Assembly (NCBI GenBank): GCA_964567595.1
Contig: CAZMNF010000006.1
Coordinates: 2,125 to 66,124 of the forward strand
Reading direction: 5' to 3'
Length of the DNA stretch: 64,000 nt
Origin: an uncultured Thermotogae bacterium
GTDB lineage: Bacteria; Bipolaricaulota; Bipolaricaulia; RBG-16-55-9
This document shows, one piece after another, positions 26,368 to 36,568 of the stretch (position 1 is its first letter; every line of letters starts with the position of its first letter). The notes under the pieces are model-generated. The model ran no database searches. It was not told the DNA's origin and worked only from the letters and a program-made list of their open reading frames with translations. A program made the translations under genes and the position numbers.

Positions 26368-27152
26368 GTCCAACCCTCCGAGTTGTCCATCGCGGTAAGC
26401 ACCTCGGGTGCTCCCTTCGTGATCAGCACCATTTCTTCCACGTGGGCCGAGCGCTGGCCGTTCGGCGTCAGCACGGTCCAGTCGTCGGCAGCGACCCACT
26501 CCTCATCCGTTCCATCATCGTCCGGATCGGCTTTCCAGACCATCGGCTCGATGGCGACCACCATTCCGGCCTTCAGCTTCGGCCCGCGCCCCGGTTCGCC
26601 CTCGTTCGGGATCTGCGGGTCCTCGTGCATCTCGCGCCCGATCCCGTGACCGACGAAGCGTCGCACGACCCGATAGCCGCGCTCGGCTACGTGCGAGCCG
26701 ATCGCATGCGAGATATCGCCGACGCGGTTTCCGTGTCGGGCTTCGTCGATGCCGCGCCAGAGCGCCTCGCGGGCGACGCCGATCAGTTCGGCGGTCGCTT
26801 CCGTGGGAGGGCCGACCACGACGGTGTCGCCCTTGTCCGCGTAGAGCCCCTGGCGCTCGAAACCCGTGTCGATCGAGAGCAGATCGCCCTCTTGCAGCAC
26901 TCGGTCCGGGCTCGGAATCCCGTGGACGATCTCCTCGTTGATCGAGGCACAGATCGAGGCGGGGAAGCCCCGATACCCCTTAAACGCGGACACCACCCCA
27001 GCTTGAGCCATGAGCGATTCGGCCAGCTCGTCCAGCTGTGCTGTCGATACGCCCGGTTGCGCGGCGCGGATCAGCTCGCCGAGGAACCCATTAATAAGGT
27101 CGGCGTTCTCGCGCATGATCTCGATCTCGGCCTTCGACTTCAACTGGATCAT
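26364..27152 (-). CDS. map: Methionine aminopeptidase type I
   Basis: [30 protein letters not shown] metal ligands. Confidence 0.96.
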   Translation of the reverse strand: MIQLKSKAEIEIMRENADLINGFLGELIRAAQPGVSTAQLDELAESLMAQAGVVSAFKGYRGFPASICASINEEIVHGIPSPDRVLQEGDLLSIDTGFERQGLYADKGDTVVVGPPTEATAELIGVAREALWRGIDEARHGNRVGDISHAIGSHVAERGYRVVRRFVGHGIGREMHEDPQIPNEGEPGRGPKLKAGMVVAIEPMVWKADPDDDGTDEEWVAADDWTVLTPNGQRSAHVEEMVLITKGAPEVLTAMDNSEGWT

Positions 27153-27168
27153 GGTGGAACGGAGTTCC

Positions 27169-27804
27169 TCAGCAGATGGCTTCCATTAGGCGGTCGGTGA
27201 CGTCGTCGATCGACCCGCGGCCGTCGACCGTCACCAACACGCCGCGCTCACGATAGACGTCGATCAGGGGCTTGACCGAATCATTGTACTGGACGTCGTA
27301 GCGGCGTGCGACCACGTCGGGCGTGTCATCCGAGCGCTGGGTCAACGCCCCACCGCACTCGTCGCACACGCCCGCTTGTTCGGGCATATCCGAACTCAGG
27401 TTATAGACCGCTCCGCATTCGGCGCAGACCCGCCGAGAACTGAGCCGCTCGACGACGTCCTCGCGCGGGATGTGGATCAGCACGGCACAATCGATGGCCG
27501 TGATTTCGTCCAGCGCCTGCGCCTGAACGTCGTTGCGCGGGAACCCGTCCAGAATGAACCCGTGATGGCCGTTCACGCGATCGAGCTGCTCTCGGATCAT
27601 CGAGACGACGAGCTTGTCCGGGACGAGCTTGCCTTGATCCAGGTAAGCCTGGGCTTCGCGACCCAGTTTGCTCCCGTCTTGGACCTCCGATCGCAGCAAG
27701 TCTCCGGTGATGACCAGCGGCAGATCCAGCCGCTCAGCCAATCGGCTCGCTTGGGTGCCTTTGCCGGCACCCGGCGGCCCCAGGAGGATGATTCGGCGCC
27801 CCAT
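27169..27804 (-). CDS. adk: Adenylate kinase (Zn lid)
   Basis: GPPGAGKGTQ, LDGFPR, CAECG...CDECG, RSDD. Confidence 0.97.
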   Translation of the reverse strand: MGRRIILLGPPGAGKGTQASRLAERLDLPLVITGDLLRSEVQDGSKLGREAQAYLDQGKLVPDKLVVSMIREQLDRVNGHHGFILDGFPRNDVQAQALDEITAIDCAVLIHIPREDVVERLSSRRVCAECGAVYNLSSDMPEQAGVCDECGGALTQRSDDTPDVVARRYDVQYNDSVKPLIDVYRERGVLVTVDGRGSIDDVTDRLMEAIC

Positions 27805-27808
27805 GAGC

Positions 27809-29152
27809 TTAGGCCCGCCTTCCCATCATCGCGCCTCCGCCGCGGCGAATGAGGCTCTCGTAGTGACGCTCGACCATGTGGGACTCGATCTGCTTGATCG
27901 TGTCCACGCCCACGCCGACCGCAATCAGGATCGACGTGCCGCCGATTCCGAAGAACGTCTGCAGGCCGCTCAGGTTGGAGAAAATGTACGGGATCAGCGC
28001 CACGATGGTCAGGAAGAGCCCGCCGATCGTGAGCAGGCGGTTCTGGATCCGCTCCAAGTACTGCGACGTGGGACCGCCCGGTCGGATGCCGGGGATGTAG
28101 CCGCCCCAACGGCGCAGGTTGTCACTGACGTCGGCCGGATTGAACACGATGGCGCTGTAGAAGAACGTGAAGAACATGATCAGCGCGCCGTAAAAGATCA
28201 TGTAGAGAACCCCGGAGTTCTGCACGGAGAAGCTGAGCGCGTTGACCCAGTCCGGGCCGGCACTGATGGCATTCTGGATGGCCGGGGCTGCCAGCAACGA
28301 CTGCGGAATCGACAGGAGCGCTCCGGCGAAGATGACGGGGATGACGCCGCCCTGGTTGACCGAGAACGGGATGAAGGTGCTCTGGCCGCCGTAGACGCGC
28401 CCACGCACGACGCGCTTGGCGTACTGGATGTTGACGCGCCGAGCGCCCAACTGGACCAGCACGACGCCGGCCACGACGACCACGAACATGACGACGAGCG
28501 CCACGCCCCACAACGGGTGCGCGCCGCCGCCCGGACCGAGCGACACGGCCGCCTGCCCGATCAACCCCGGATAGCTGGCCAGAATGCTGCCGAAGATGAT
28601 CATGGAGACGCCGCGTCCGATGCCGTTCTCGGTGATCCGCTCACCGAGCCACATCAAGAACATCGTGCCGGTCGTCATCGTCAGAATGCCCATGAAGTAA
28701 AAGACGACGGGCGACACACCCGGCAACAACAGGCCCTGCTGGCTCGCAATGTAATAACTGAAGACCGCGCTCTGTAGGGCCGCCAGGCCGACGGTGCCGT
28801 AGCGCGTGTACTTCTGAATCTGTTGTCGCCCTTCGTCGCCTTTCTTCTGCAGCTCTTTCAGATAGGGAATCACGTTCTGGAGCAGGCTCATGATAATCGA
28901 GGCGTTGATGTAGGGGATCACGCCGAGCGCGAACACGGAGAACCGCTCCAGGGCGCCGCCCGTAAACAGATTGACGAAGCCGAACAGCCCCTCGCTCATC
29001 GTCTGCTCCAGCAGCGATTGCACTTCTTGGGGGTTGACACCCGGCACCGGAATCCAGGCACCGAGGCGGAAAATGGCGAAGGCGCCGAGCGTAAATAGGA
29101 TGCGCTTGCGGACCTCGGGAATGGACAGCGACTCGAAAATTCCTTGGAACAC
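27809..29152 (-). CDS. secY: Preprotein translocase SecY
   Basis: FALGVIPYINASII, WLGERITENGIGRG, GGVIPVIFA, IPGIRPG, GGTSILIAVGV. Confidence 0.98.
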   Translation of the reverse strand: MFQGIFESLSIPEVRKRILFTLGAFAIFRLGAWIPVPGVNPQEVQSLLEQTMSEGLFGFVNLFTGGALERFSVFALGVIPYINASIIMSLLQNVIPYLKELQKKGDEGRQQIQKYTRYGTVGLAALQSAVFSYYIASQQGLLLPGVSPVVFYFMGILTMTTGTMFLMWLGERITENGIGRGVSMIIFGSILASYPGLIGQAAVSLGPGGGAHPLWGVALVVMFVVVVAGVVLVQLGARRVNIQYAKRVVRGRVYGGQSTFIPFSVNQGGVIPVIFAGALLSIPQSLLAAPAIQNAISAGPDWVNALSFSVQNSGVLYMIFYGALIMFFTFFYSAIVFNPADVSDNLRRWGGYIPGIRPGGPTSQYLERIQNRLLTIGGLFLTIVALIPYIFSNLSGLQTFFGIGGTSILIAVGVGVDTIKQIESHMVERHYESLIRRGGGAMMGRRA

Positions 29153-29158
29153 AGCGGC

Positions 29159-29752
29159 TCAGCCCTCCCGATCCTCGTCGGTCTCCGCGTCGGCGCCCTC
29201 GGCGTCGGGGGCCTCGTTATCCGACGTGGCCTCACTGTCGGTTGTCGCGTCCTCAGCAGCGTGGGCTTCGGACGCGGCCGGATCGGACTCAGCGTCCCCC
29301 TCCGTTTCGAGGAGCGTCACGTGCCCGCCGGCGGCCTCGATCTTCTGGCGAGCGCTCTGCGACATCCGGTGCGCGTAGACCGTTAGCGCTTTGTCACATT
29401 CGCCTCGACCCAGGACCTTCAGGCCGTCGTTGAGCTGATCCACGATGCCCCGATCGAGGACGTCCTCGGGCGTGACTTCGGCGCCGTCGTCGTACTTCGC
29501 CATCAGCTCATCGATGTTGACGTAAGCGTACGCCTTGCGGTGGGGATTGACGAAGCCGCGCTTGGGAATGCGGCGCCACAACGGCGTCTGGCCGCCCTCG
29601 AAGCCCGGCCGGCGGCTGTGGCCCGTGCGGGCTTTTTGGCCCTTGATGCCGCGGCCCGAGTACTTGCCATCGCCCGAGCCGTCGCCGCGGCCGACCCGCT
29701 TGCGGCGCTTTCGACTCCCCGGCGTCGGTTGCAGGTTACTCAGATTTCGCAT
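29159..29752 (-). CDS. rplO: 50S ribosomal protein uL15 with an acidic C-terminal extension
   Basis: RVGRGDGSG, GRGIKGQKAR, FEGGQTPLWRRIPKRGF, LKVLGRG. Start ATG 29752. Confidence 0.96.
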   Translation of the reverse strand: MRNLSNLQPTPGSRKRRKRVGRGDGSGDGKYSGRGIKGQKARTGHSRRPGFEGGQTPLWRRIPKRGFVNPHRKAYAYVNIDELMAKYDDGAEVTPEDVLDRGIVDQLNDGLKVLGRGECDKALTVYAHRMSQSARQKIEAAGGHVTLLETEGDAESDPAASEAHAAEDATTDSEATSDNEAPDAEGADAETDEDREG

Positions 29753-30260
29753 GGCCGATCTCCTCAACGTCCTTGTCCCGCAGTCGGGCAATCTCTTCCG
29801 GCGTGCGGAGGCTGCTCAAGCCCTCGATCGTCGCCTTGGCCAAGTTGAGCGGGTTCGTGGACTTGAACGACTTGGTCAGCACGTCGTTCACGCCGGCCAG
29901 CCGACAGACGGCGCCCACGGTGCCGGACGCGATGATGCCGGTGCCGGGCAGCGCCGGCTTGAGCAGCACGCGCGCCGCCTTGAACTCCCCGTGGATCTGG
30001 TGCGGTATGGTCCCGTCTTGTAGGGGCACGTACGCGAGGTTGTTCTTCGCGTCCCGGACGGCCTGCTGGATCGCTTGGGGAATCTCGCGGGTATTGCCCT
30101 TGCCGAGACCTACGCGCCCGTTGCCGTCGCCGACGGCGACCGTGACGCGGAAGCTCATGTTCTTGCCGCCCTTCACGACCTTGGCGACGCGGCGAATTTC
30201 CAGGACTTCGTTGTCAAACTCGTCCTGCTCTCGGCGTCGACGTCCACCTTGTCCGTTCAA
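29736..30260 (-). CDS. rpsE: 30S ribosomal protein uS5
   Basis: [28 protein letters not shown]. Confidence 0.97.
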   Translation of the reverse strand: MNGQGGRRRREQDEFDNEVLEIRRVAKVVKGGKNMSFRVTVAVGDGNGRVGLGKGNTREIPQAIQQAVRDAKNNLAYVPLQDGTIPHQIHGEFKAARVLLKPALPGTGIIASGTVGAVCRLAGVNDVLTKSFKSTNPLNLAKATIEGLSSLRTPEEIARLRDKDVEEIGHAKSE

Positions 30261-30619
30261 AATTCCAGCCCTCCCTCACGGGCGCTGTCCGCCAGCGCCT
30301 CGATCATGCCGTGATATGGATAGCCCGCTCGGTCGAACACGACCTGCTCGACGCCCGCCTCGCGAGCCCGTTCGGCCACCAATTGGCCGACCGTCTGCGC
30401 CGACTCGACCGACTTGCGGCGCGGCGTGCCGTTCATCTCCGGATCGAGCGTCGAGGCGTAAGCGAGCGTGTGACCGCGCAGATCGTCGATGACTTGGGCA
30501 TACAAGTGGCGGTTGCTCTTGTGAACCGCCAAGCGCGGGCGCTCCGGTGTGCCCATAATGCGCCGGCGGATGCGCTTGTGTCGGCGTTTCCGCTGAGCGT
30601 GTCGATCCCATTTCGCCAT
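30257..30619 (-). CDS. rplR: 50S ribosomal protein uL18
   Basis: [31 protein letters not shown]. Confidence 0.97.
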   Translation of the reverse strand: MAKWDRHAQRKRRHKRIRRRIMGTPERPRLAVHKSNRHLYAQVIDDLRGHTLAYASTLDPEMNGTPRRKSVESAQTVGQLVAERAREAGVEQVVFDRAGYPYHGMIEALADSAREGGLEF

Positions 30620-30625
30620 GGCTCA

Positions 30626-31201
30626 TCACTCGCCTGCGCCGGCGAGCTTGCCCTCCTTGCGCACAATCTCCTCGTCACGGTACTTGATGCCGGTTCCCTT
30701 GTAGGGCTCGGGCTTGCGCAGCGCACGGATGTCGGCCGCCGTCTCCCCCACAAGCTGCTTGTCCGGGCTTTTGAGGACGACAACGGCTTGAACGCTGCTG
30801 CTGGAGGCGTCCTCCACGGAGGCCTCGACCCCATCGGGGATCGCGAAGTGGATCGGATGGCTGTAGCCGATCTCAAGCACCAGCTCCTGCTCCCCCTGCA
30901 TCCGCGCGCGGTAGCCGAGCCCGATCAGCTGCAGGCGCCGCTCGTAGGGCTCGCGGACGCCCTGGACCATGTTGGCGATCAGCGACCGATAGAGCCCGTG
31001 GCGAGCCTTATGCGCCTTCGTCTCGCCGCGCCGTTGCACATGGACGACGCCGTCGTCCACGTTCACCTCGACGTACTTCGGCTCGTAGCGCTGTTCCAAC
31101 GTGCCGGCCGGGCCTTCGACGTGCACCGCAGCCGGCGTCTCCTCCACGGAGACGCTGACATCGTCCGGAATCTCGATCGGTAGTCGCCCTACGCGGGACA
31201 T
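30626..31201 (-). CDS. rplF: 50S ribosomal protein uL6
   Basis: MSRVGRLPI, GYSHP, RKPEPYKGTGI. Confidence 0.97.
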   Translation of the reverse strand: MSRVGRLPIEIPDDVSVSVEETPAAVHVEGPAGTLEQRYEPKYVEVNVDDGVVHVQRRGETKAHKARHGLYRSLIANMVQGVREPYERRLQLIGLGYRARMQGEQELVLEIGYSHPIHFAIPDGVEASVEDASSSSVQAVVVLKSPDKQLVGETAADIRALRKPEPYKGTGIKYRDEEIVRKEGKLAGAGE

Positions 31202-31310
31202 GGTCGCTCCCTTCTCGCCCTTCCGTGTTCGTCGTGTCTAAATTTGTGTCTGGCCCCGTGAACGTCGCGGCCCATCCCGATTGCTTCCGTCGGCGGCACG
31301 CCTGCTGGCG

Positions 31311-31745
31311 TCACCAGACGTAGGCGAGCACTTCGCCGCCGACGCGCTCCTGGCGTGCCTGATGGTCAGTCAGAATGCCGTGCGACGTCGTCAGGATCGC
31401 GATGCCGAGCCCGCCGAGCACCGTCGGAATCTCGTCGGCGCCCACGTAGACGCGCCGGCTCGGCTTGCTCACGCGCTGCAGGTTCTGAATGACGCGCTCG
31501 CGGCGACGGCCGCCCTTGTACTTGAGCGTCAGCGTCAGGACGCGTTGCGCCCGCCCGTCGCTCACCTCGTAGTCGCTGATGAATCCCTCATCCTGGAGGA
31601 TCTGGGCAATCGCCTCCTTGAGGCGGGACGAGGGCATGACGGCGGTGTCGCGGTAGCGCTCGTTCGCGTTGCGGATCCGCGTGAGCATGTCGCCCACGGG
31701 ATCCGATACGACGGCGTTCAGCTTCGACTTCGGTTGCGTACTCAT
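31311..31745 (-). CDS. rpsH: 30S ribosomal protein uS8
   Basis: DPVGDMLTRIRNA, VSKPSRRVY, GLGIAILTTSHG, GGEVL. Confidence 0.97.
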   Translation of the reverse strand: MSTQPKSKLNAVVSDPVGDMLTRIRNANERYRDTAVMPSSRLKEAIAQILQDEGFISDYEVSDGRAQRVLTLTLKYKGGRRRERVIQNLQRVSKPSRRVYVGADEIPTVLGGLGIAILTTSHGILTDHQARQERVGGEVLAYVW

Positions 31746-31752
31746 GGGGAAA

Positions 31753-31938
31753 TCACCAACTCGACTTCTTCACGCCAGGAATCTCGCCGCGATGCGCCAT
31801 TTCGCGGAAACAGAGCCGGCACAGTCCGAAATCTCGGATGTAGCCGTGCTGACGGCCGCAGACGCTGCAGCGATTGACCTTTCGCGAGCTGAACTTCGGT
31901 TTCCTCCGGCTTTTGACGATCCATGATGTTCTGGCCAT
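31753..31938 (-). CDS. rpsN: 30S ribosomal protein uS14 (type Z, Zn)
   Basis: 61 aa; CSVCGR...LCRLCFRE...GVKKSSW. Confidence 0.97.
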   Translation of the reverse strand: MARTSWIVKSRRKPKFSSRKVNRCSVCGRQHGYIRDFGLCRLCFREMAHRGEIPGVKKSSW

Positions 31939-31959
31939 GGTTTGAAAAATCTCCTGAGG

Positions 31960-32499
31960 TCAGTCTCGGAACGGGCAACCCAACGCCCGCAATAGATAGT
32001 ATGCCTCGCGGTCACTCGCCGCCGTGGTCACGATCGTGATGTTCATCCCCTGCACTTTGGCGATGTCGTCGTAGCGCACCTCCGGAAAGACGAGCTGTTC
32101 GTCAAGCCCGAGCGAGTAGTTGCCGTGCCCATCAAACCCGTCGGCGGAGAGGCCGCGGAAGTCGCGCACCGATGGCAGCACGACGTTGAACAGCTTCTCC
32201 ACGAACGCGTTCGCCCGCGCCCCACGCAGCGTCACCTTGCAGCCGACCGGATCGCCTTCGGCGATGCCGAAGTCGGAAATGCTGCGCTTGGCTCGGGTGA
32301 TCATGGGCCGCTGGCCCGACAGCATCGCCAGATCGTTCATGCAGCCCTCCAGGATTTTCGGATCATCGTGGGCCTCCTCGATGCCCATGTTCACGATGAT
32401 CTTCTCGATCTGGGGCACCTGCATGACGTTGGCGTAGCCGAGTTCTTCCTGCAGCCGCGGGACGATCTCGCTGCGGAATGTCTCGTGTAGCGTCGCCAT
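31960..32499 (-). CDS. rplE: 50S ribosomal protein uL5
   Basis: KIIVNMG, SGQRP, GCKVTLRG, FDGHGNY, GMNITIVT. Confidence 0.97.
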   Translation of the reverse strand: MATLHETFRSEIVPRLQEELGYANVMQVPQIEKIIVNMGIEEAHDDPKILEGCMNDLAMLSGQRPMITRAKRSISDFGIAEGDPVGCKVTLRGARANAFVEKLFNVVLPSVRDFRGLSADGFDGHGNYSLGLDEQLVFPEVRYDDIAKVQGMNITIVTTAASDREAYYLLRALGCPFRD

Positions 32500-32810
32500 C
32501 ACTCGAACGTCTCCCCACACTGTTTGCACTGGCGCAGCTTTTCGCCGGCCTCGCTGACGTAGAACCCGACGCGCGTCGGCGTATCGCACACCGGGCAGAC
32601 CACCATAAGGTTCGACATCGGGATCGTCCCCTCGCGCTCGATGATGCCGCCCTCGCGCTGGGTCTGGGTCGGGCGTTGATGCTTGGTGATGTAGTTGACG
32701 CCCTTGACGAGGACGCGGCCCTGCGCCTCGATTCGCACGACCTCGCCGCGCGCGCCGCGTTCGTTGCCGTTGATGACCTTGACGATATCGCCTTGGTGTA
32801 TCTTGCGCAT
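32499..32810 (-). CDS. rplX: 50S ribosomal protein uL24
   Basis: GDIVKVING, KGVNYITKH, GGIIERE, SNL. Confidence 0.96.
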   Translation of the reverse strand: MRKIHQGDIVKVINGNERGARGEVVRIEAQGRVLVKGVNYITKHQRPTQTQREGGIIEREGTIPMSNLMVVCPVCDTPTRVGFYVSEAGEKLRQCKQCGETFE

Positions 32811-33178
32811 CACAGCACCTCCGGCGCCAATGACAGCACCCGCATCATGTTCAGTCGACGGAGCTCGCGCGGGACGGGGCCGAACACGCGCGTGCCGACG
32901 GGTTCCATCGCGGTGTTGACGATCACGACGGCATTGTCGTCGAACCGCACGTAGCTCCCGTCGTCGCGCCGATAGCGGTTGCGCGTGCGCACGATGACCC
33001 CGCGCACGACCTCGCCCTTCTCCATGTCGCTGTTGGGCAAGCGCTTGCGCACCGACCCGACGACGACGTCGCCGATCCGGCCGCGCTTCGAGCCGGGTCG
33101 ACCCACGATGTTGAACACGCGAATCTGGCGGGCTCCCGAGTTGTCGGTGACGTTGAGCATGCTCTGGATCTGAATCAT
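32810..33178 (-). CDS. rplN: 50S ribosomal protein uL14
   Basis: DNSGAR, RFDDNAVV, GTRVFGPV, LAPEVL. Confidence 0.98.
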   Translation of the reverse strand: MIQIQSMLNVTDNSGARQIRVFNIVGRPGSKRGRIGDVVVGSVRKRLPNSDMEKGEVVRGVIVRTRNRYRRDDGSYVRFDDNAVVIVNTAMEPVGTRVFGPVPRELRRLNMMRVLSLAPEVL

Positions 33179-33438
33179 GCCGCGGCCTCCTCCTCGTGAG
33201 CCCGTTGGACGATCTCCGTCAATCGCCAGCGCTTGGTCTTCGACAGCGGCCGGGTCTCCTGAATTCGCACGACGTCGCCGACCCGGGCCTCGCCGTGCTC
33301 GTCGTGGGCGTGGAACTTCTTCCGTCGACGGACGTACTTGTGATACGTCGGCTGCTCGGCGAAGTTCTCCACCAGAACCGTGATCGTCTTGGCGCGCGTG
33401 TCGCTGACCACGCGCCCCGTTCGCTGCTTAACCGGCAT
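33175..33438 (-). CDS. rpsQ: 30S ribosomal protein uS17
   Basis: [22 protein letters not shown]. Confidence 0.97.
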   Translation of the reverse strand: MPVKQRTGRVVSDTRAKTITVLVENFAEQPTYHKYVRRRKKFHAHDEHGEARVGDVVRIQETRPLSKTKRWRLTEIVQRAHEEEAAA

Positions 33439-33640
33439 CGGCAATCGCCTTCCTTCGCTCGTTCAACACGGTCTTCACGCGGGCGATGTCGCGCCGCGTC
33501 TCCTTCAGGGCAGCCGTGTTGTCCTGCTGCCGCATGGCGAGTTGGAACCGTAGGTTGAACAGCGTCCGCTTGAGCTCGGCCTCCTTACGGCGCAACTCGT
33601 CCTCGGTCATCTCGCGGAGTTCTTCAGCCTCAAGCGCCAT
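33428..33640 (-). CDS. rpmC: 50S ribosomal protein uL29
   Basis: ELREMT...LFNLRFQ...RRDIARVKT; position between rplP and rpsQ. Confidence 0.95.
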   Translation of the reverse strand: MALEAEELREMTEDELRRKEAELKRTLFNLRFQLAMRQQDNTAALKETRRDIARVKTVLNERRKAIADAG

Positions 33641-33642
33641 GC

Positions 33643-34074
33643 CTATCGCTCGCCTCCCAGCTTGATGCGTCGTCGCAAGCGGGTCTTGATGGGCAGCTTG
33701 TAGGACACGAGCTGATTGAGCCGCTCGGCCTGCTCGCGCGAAACGCCGCTCAGCTCGAACAGAATGCGGCCGGGCGTTACGACAGCCGCGTAGTGGTCGA
33801 TGTCGCCTTTGCCCTTGCCCATGCGGGTCTCGGCCGGCTTCTTCGTGATCGGTTTGTCGGGGAAGATGCGAATCCAAATCTTGGAGTTGCGCTCCAGCTC
33901 GCGGACCATCGTGGTTCGGCATGACTCAATCTGCCGATTGGAGATCCACGACGGCTCCAGCGCCTGGATGCCGTACTCCCCGAAGTTGACCTCGTGGCCG
34001 GTCGTCGCCACGCCGTGCATCCGGCCTTTGTGCTGCTTGCGGTGCTTGGTCTGTTTAGGCTGCAGGAGTGGCAA
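33643..34074 (-). CDS. rplP: 50S ribosomal protein uL16
   Basis: [34 protein letters not shown]. Start taken as TTG 34074. Confidence 0.96.
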   Translation of the reverse strand: MPLLQPKQTKHRKQHKGRMHGVATTGHEVNFGEYGIQALEPSWISNRQIESCRTTMVRELERNSKIWIRIFPDKPITKKPAETRMGKGKGDIDHYAAVVTPGRILFELSGVSREQAERLNQLVSYKLPIKTRLRRRIKLGGER

Positions 34075-34741
34075 CGTTCTCACCTCGCTCATCGGCCTGG
34101 CTGGTCAAGTTGAGCGGAATGTGCTCCCCCCGGAAGAGCCAGACCTTGATGCCGATCGGGCCGTACTTGGTCAGCGCTTCCGTGAAGCCGTAGTCGATGT
34201 CCGCCCGGATCGTCTGCAGCGGCACGCGGCCGTGCTTGATCTCGACGTTGCGCGCGATCTCAGCACCGCCCAGACGCCCCCCACAACGGATCTTGACGCC
34301 CTGCGCGCCGTTCTCCATCACGCGGCGGCCGGCCTCCTTGATGGCCCGCTGGACGGGGAAGCGCCCCTCGACGCGGTAGGCCACCTCTTCCGCCACCAAG
34401 ATCGCTTCGAGGTCGGGCGCGTCGACTTCCTTGATGGAGATCTTGACCGACCGGCCCGTCTCGGCTTCCAGATCCTGCTGAAACTGGTCAATCTCTTGGC
34501 CGCCCTTCCCGATGATGATGCCGGGCCGGGCCGTGCGGATCACGATCGACAGCCGCTCCGTTGTGGGGCGCTCCAGGCTGACTTCGGCGATGCCGGCTCC
34601 CCGATAGCGGGTGCCAATCAGATCGCGAACTTTGCGGTCTTCTTCCAGGTATTCCGCCGCGTTCGAGGGGTCATACCAGTTGGAGATCCACTTGCGGTTG
34701 ACCCCCATGCGGAACCCGATGGGATTGATCTTCTGACCCAT
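34055..34741 (-). CDS. rpsC: 30S ribosomal protein uS3
   Basis: MGQKINPIGFR, ARPGIIIG, GRLGGAEIAR, PLQTIRADIDY. Confidence 0.98.
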   Translation of the reverse strand: MGQKINPIGFRMGVNRKWISNWYDPSNAAEYLEEDRKVRDLIGTRYRGAGIAEVSLERPTTERLSIVIRTARPGIIIGKGGQEIDQFQQDLEAETGRSVKISIKEVDAPDLEAILVAEEVAYRVEGRFPVQRAIKEAGRRVMENGAQGVKIRCGGRLGGAEIARNVEIKHGRVPLQTIRADIDYGFTEALTKYGPIGIKVWLFRGEHIPLNLTSQADERGENVATPAA

Positions 34742-35088
34742 TACGACTCGTCCTCCCTCTCGCGCACCACGACGGTGATGTGGCTGGTCGGCTTCTGCAT
34801 GATGTCGGCCCGGCCGCGAGCGCGGGGTTTCATGCGCTTCAACACGGGCCCTTTGTCGACGGTCGCCTCCTGAACGATCAGCTCGTCGACGTCCATGTCG
34901 TAGTTGTGCTCGGCGTTGGCAATCGCCGATTCCAGCGTCTTGTAGATAACGCGGGCCGCTTTGGAGTTGGTGAATTGGGCCTCCAACAGCGCCTCGTCCA
35001 CGGAGCGGCCGCGCAGCTTCTCCGCGACCATCCGGGCCCGCTTGGGCGACACGCGTACGAACTTGGAAATCGCTTTCACGTCAGTCAT
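34741..35088 (-). CDS. rplV: 50S ribosomal protein uL22
   Basis: RVSPKRAR, SAIANA, PRARGRA, TSHITV. Confidence 0.97.
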   Translation of the reverse strand: MTDVKAISKFVRVSPKRARMVAEKLRGRSVDEALLEAQFTNSKAARVIYKTLESAIANAEHNYDMDVDELIVQEATVDKGPVLKRMKPRARGRADIMQKPTSHITVVVREREDES

Positions 35089-35119
35089 GATGCTCCTTGT
35101 TGTCCCCGCAACGCGCTCA

Positions 35120-35404
35120 TCATGTCGCCGTGGGCGGCTTCTTCTTCTTGACGCCGCCGTGCGAGTTGAACGTCCGAGTCGGGGCAAACTCGCCGAGCTT
35201 GTGCCCCACCATCGCCTCGGAGATGTAGACGGGCACGTGGGCGCGGCCGTTGTGCACCTTGATGGTCAGGCCGACCATCTCGGGTGTCACGACCGACGCG
35301 CGCGACCACGTGACGATCTCGCGCAGCTCGCCACGGCGCGCCTTGGCCACCTTCTTGAGCAACTTCGGGTGGACAAACGGTCCCTTGTGCGTCGATCGCG
35401 GCAT
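35120..35404 (-). CDS. rpsS: 30S ribosomal protein uS19
   Basis: [31 protein letters not shown]. Confidence 0.97.
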   Translation of the reverse strand: MPRSTHKGPFVHPKLLKKVAKARRGELREIVTWSRASVVTPEMVGLTIKVHNGRAHVPVYISEAMVGHKLGEFAPTRTFNSHGGVKKKKPPTAT

Positions 35405-35406
35405 CG

Positions 35407-36261
35407 TTAACGCCTCCTCCTGCGCTTCTTCCGCGCGTCGCGGGCGTGGGTCACGATGAGCTTGTCGCTCGGCTTCTTCTTGCGACTCCGGACGCCCTGG
35501 GCCGGCTTCGCCTTGAACGTCATCGGTGGGCCGCCGATGTAGCCGCGGCCTTCGCCGCCGCCGTGCGGGTGATCGACGGCATTGCGCGCCACGCCGCGCG
35601 TGATCGGCTTGCGACCCAAATGACGCACTCGGCCCGCTTTGCCGTGGACCTCGTTCTTGTGGTCCGGGTTGCTCACCTGCCCGATCGTGGCTCGGCATTC
35701 GGCGTCGAAGAGCCGAATTTCGCCCGATGGCAAGCGCAGTCGCACGTAGCCGCCCTCGCGGCTCAGCACTTGCGCCCCCGTGCCGGCAGCCCGGGCGACC
35801 TTCGCCTGGCCGTGGGGCATGAGCGCGACGCAGTGGACGTAGGTGCCGACGGGAATCTCGCGCAAGGGAAGCGCATTGCCAGGCCGTGCCTCGACACCCC
35901 GATCGCCCGAGACCACGGTCGAGCCGATCTTGAGCTGCAGCGGGGAGATAATGTAGCGCTTCTCCCCGTCGGCATATTGCAACAGCGTGATCCACGCGGA
36001 GCGATTCGGGTCGTATTCCCTCGAGACGACCTCGGCCGGGACGTCCAGCTTGTCTCGGGCGAAGTCAATCACGCGGTAGCGTCGTTTGTGGCCACCGGAG
36101 CGCCCGCGGACCGTGACGCGCCCCTGGTTGTTGCGGCCGCCGCTCTTTTTCAGCGAGCGCAAGAGCGACTTCTCCGGGGGCTTGTCCGTCAGGTGCGACG
36201 TGTCGGTCCACTGGGCGTGTCGTCGCCCCGAGGTCGTCGGCTTGAACTTTCGTGTGGGCAT
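35407..36261 (-). CDS. rplB: 50S ribosomal protein uL2
   Basis: [35 protein letters not shown]. Confidence 0.98.
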   Translation of the reverse strand: MPTRKFKPTTSGRRHAQWTDTSHLTDKPPEKSLLRSLKKSGGRNNQGRVTVRGRSGGHKRRYRVIDFARDKLDVPAEVVSREYDPNRSAWITLLQYADGEKRYIISPLQLKIGSTVVSGDRGVEARPGNALPLREIPVGTYVHCVALMPHGQAKVARAAGTGAQVLSREGGYVRLRLPSGEIRLFDAECRATIGQVSNPDHKNEVHGKAGRVRHLGRKPITRGVARNAVDHPHGGGEGRGYIGGPPMTFKAKPAQGVRSRKKKPSDKLIVTHARDARKKRRRRR

Positions 36262-36286
36262 TCAGCGATCACCACTCATTCGCACG

Positions 36287-36568
36287 TTACTGCTCCAGAT
36301 CGATCCGGTCGCCGGGCGCCAGTTGGATCACGGCCTTCTTCCAGGACGACTGGCGCCCCTCCTGGTCGAAGCGCAGGCGCCGCGGCTTCCCGTGCATGTT
36401 CATCGTCCGCACGTCCTCGACCTCGACGTTGAAGATCGTCTCAATGGCTTCGCGGATCTCGAGCTTGTTCGCCTCCGGGTGCACGCGGAACGTGTACTGC
36501 CGATCGTCCTGCTGGAGCCAGCTTTTTTCGCTCAGGATCGGCTCCACAAGCACATCGTTCAGATCCAT
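36287..36568 (-). CDS. rplW: 50S ribosomal protein uL23
   Basis: PILSEKS, ANKLEIREAIE, WKKA. Confidence 0.96.
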   Translation of the reverse strand: MDLNDVLVEPILSEKSWLQQDDRQYTFRVHPEANKLEIREAIETIFNVEVEDVRTMNMHGKPRRLRFDQEGRQSSWKKAVIQLAPGDRIDLEQ

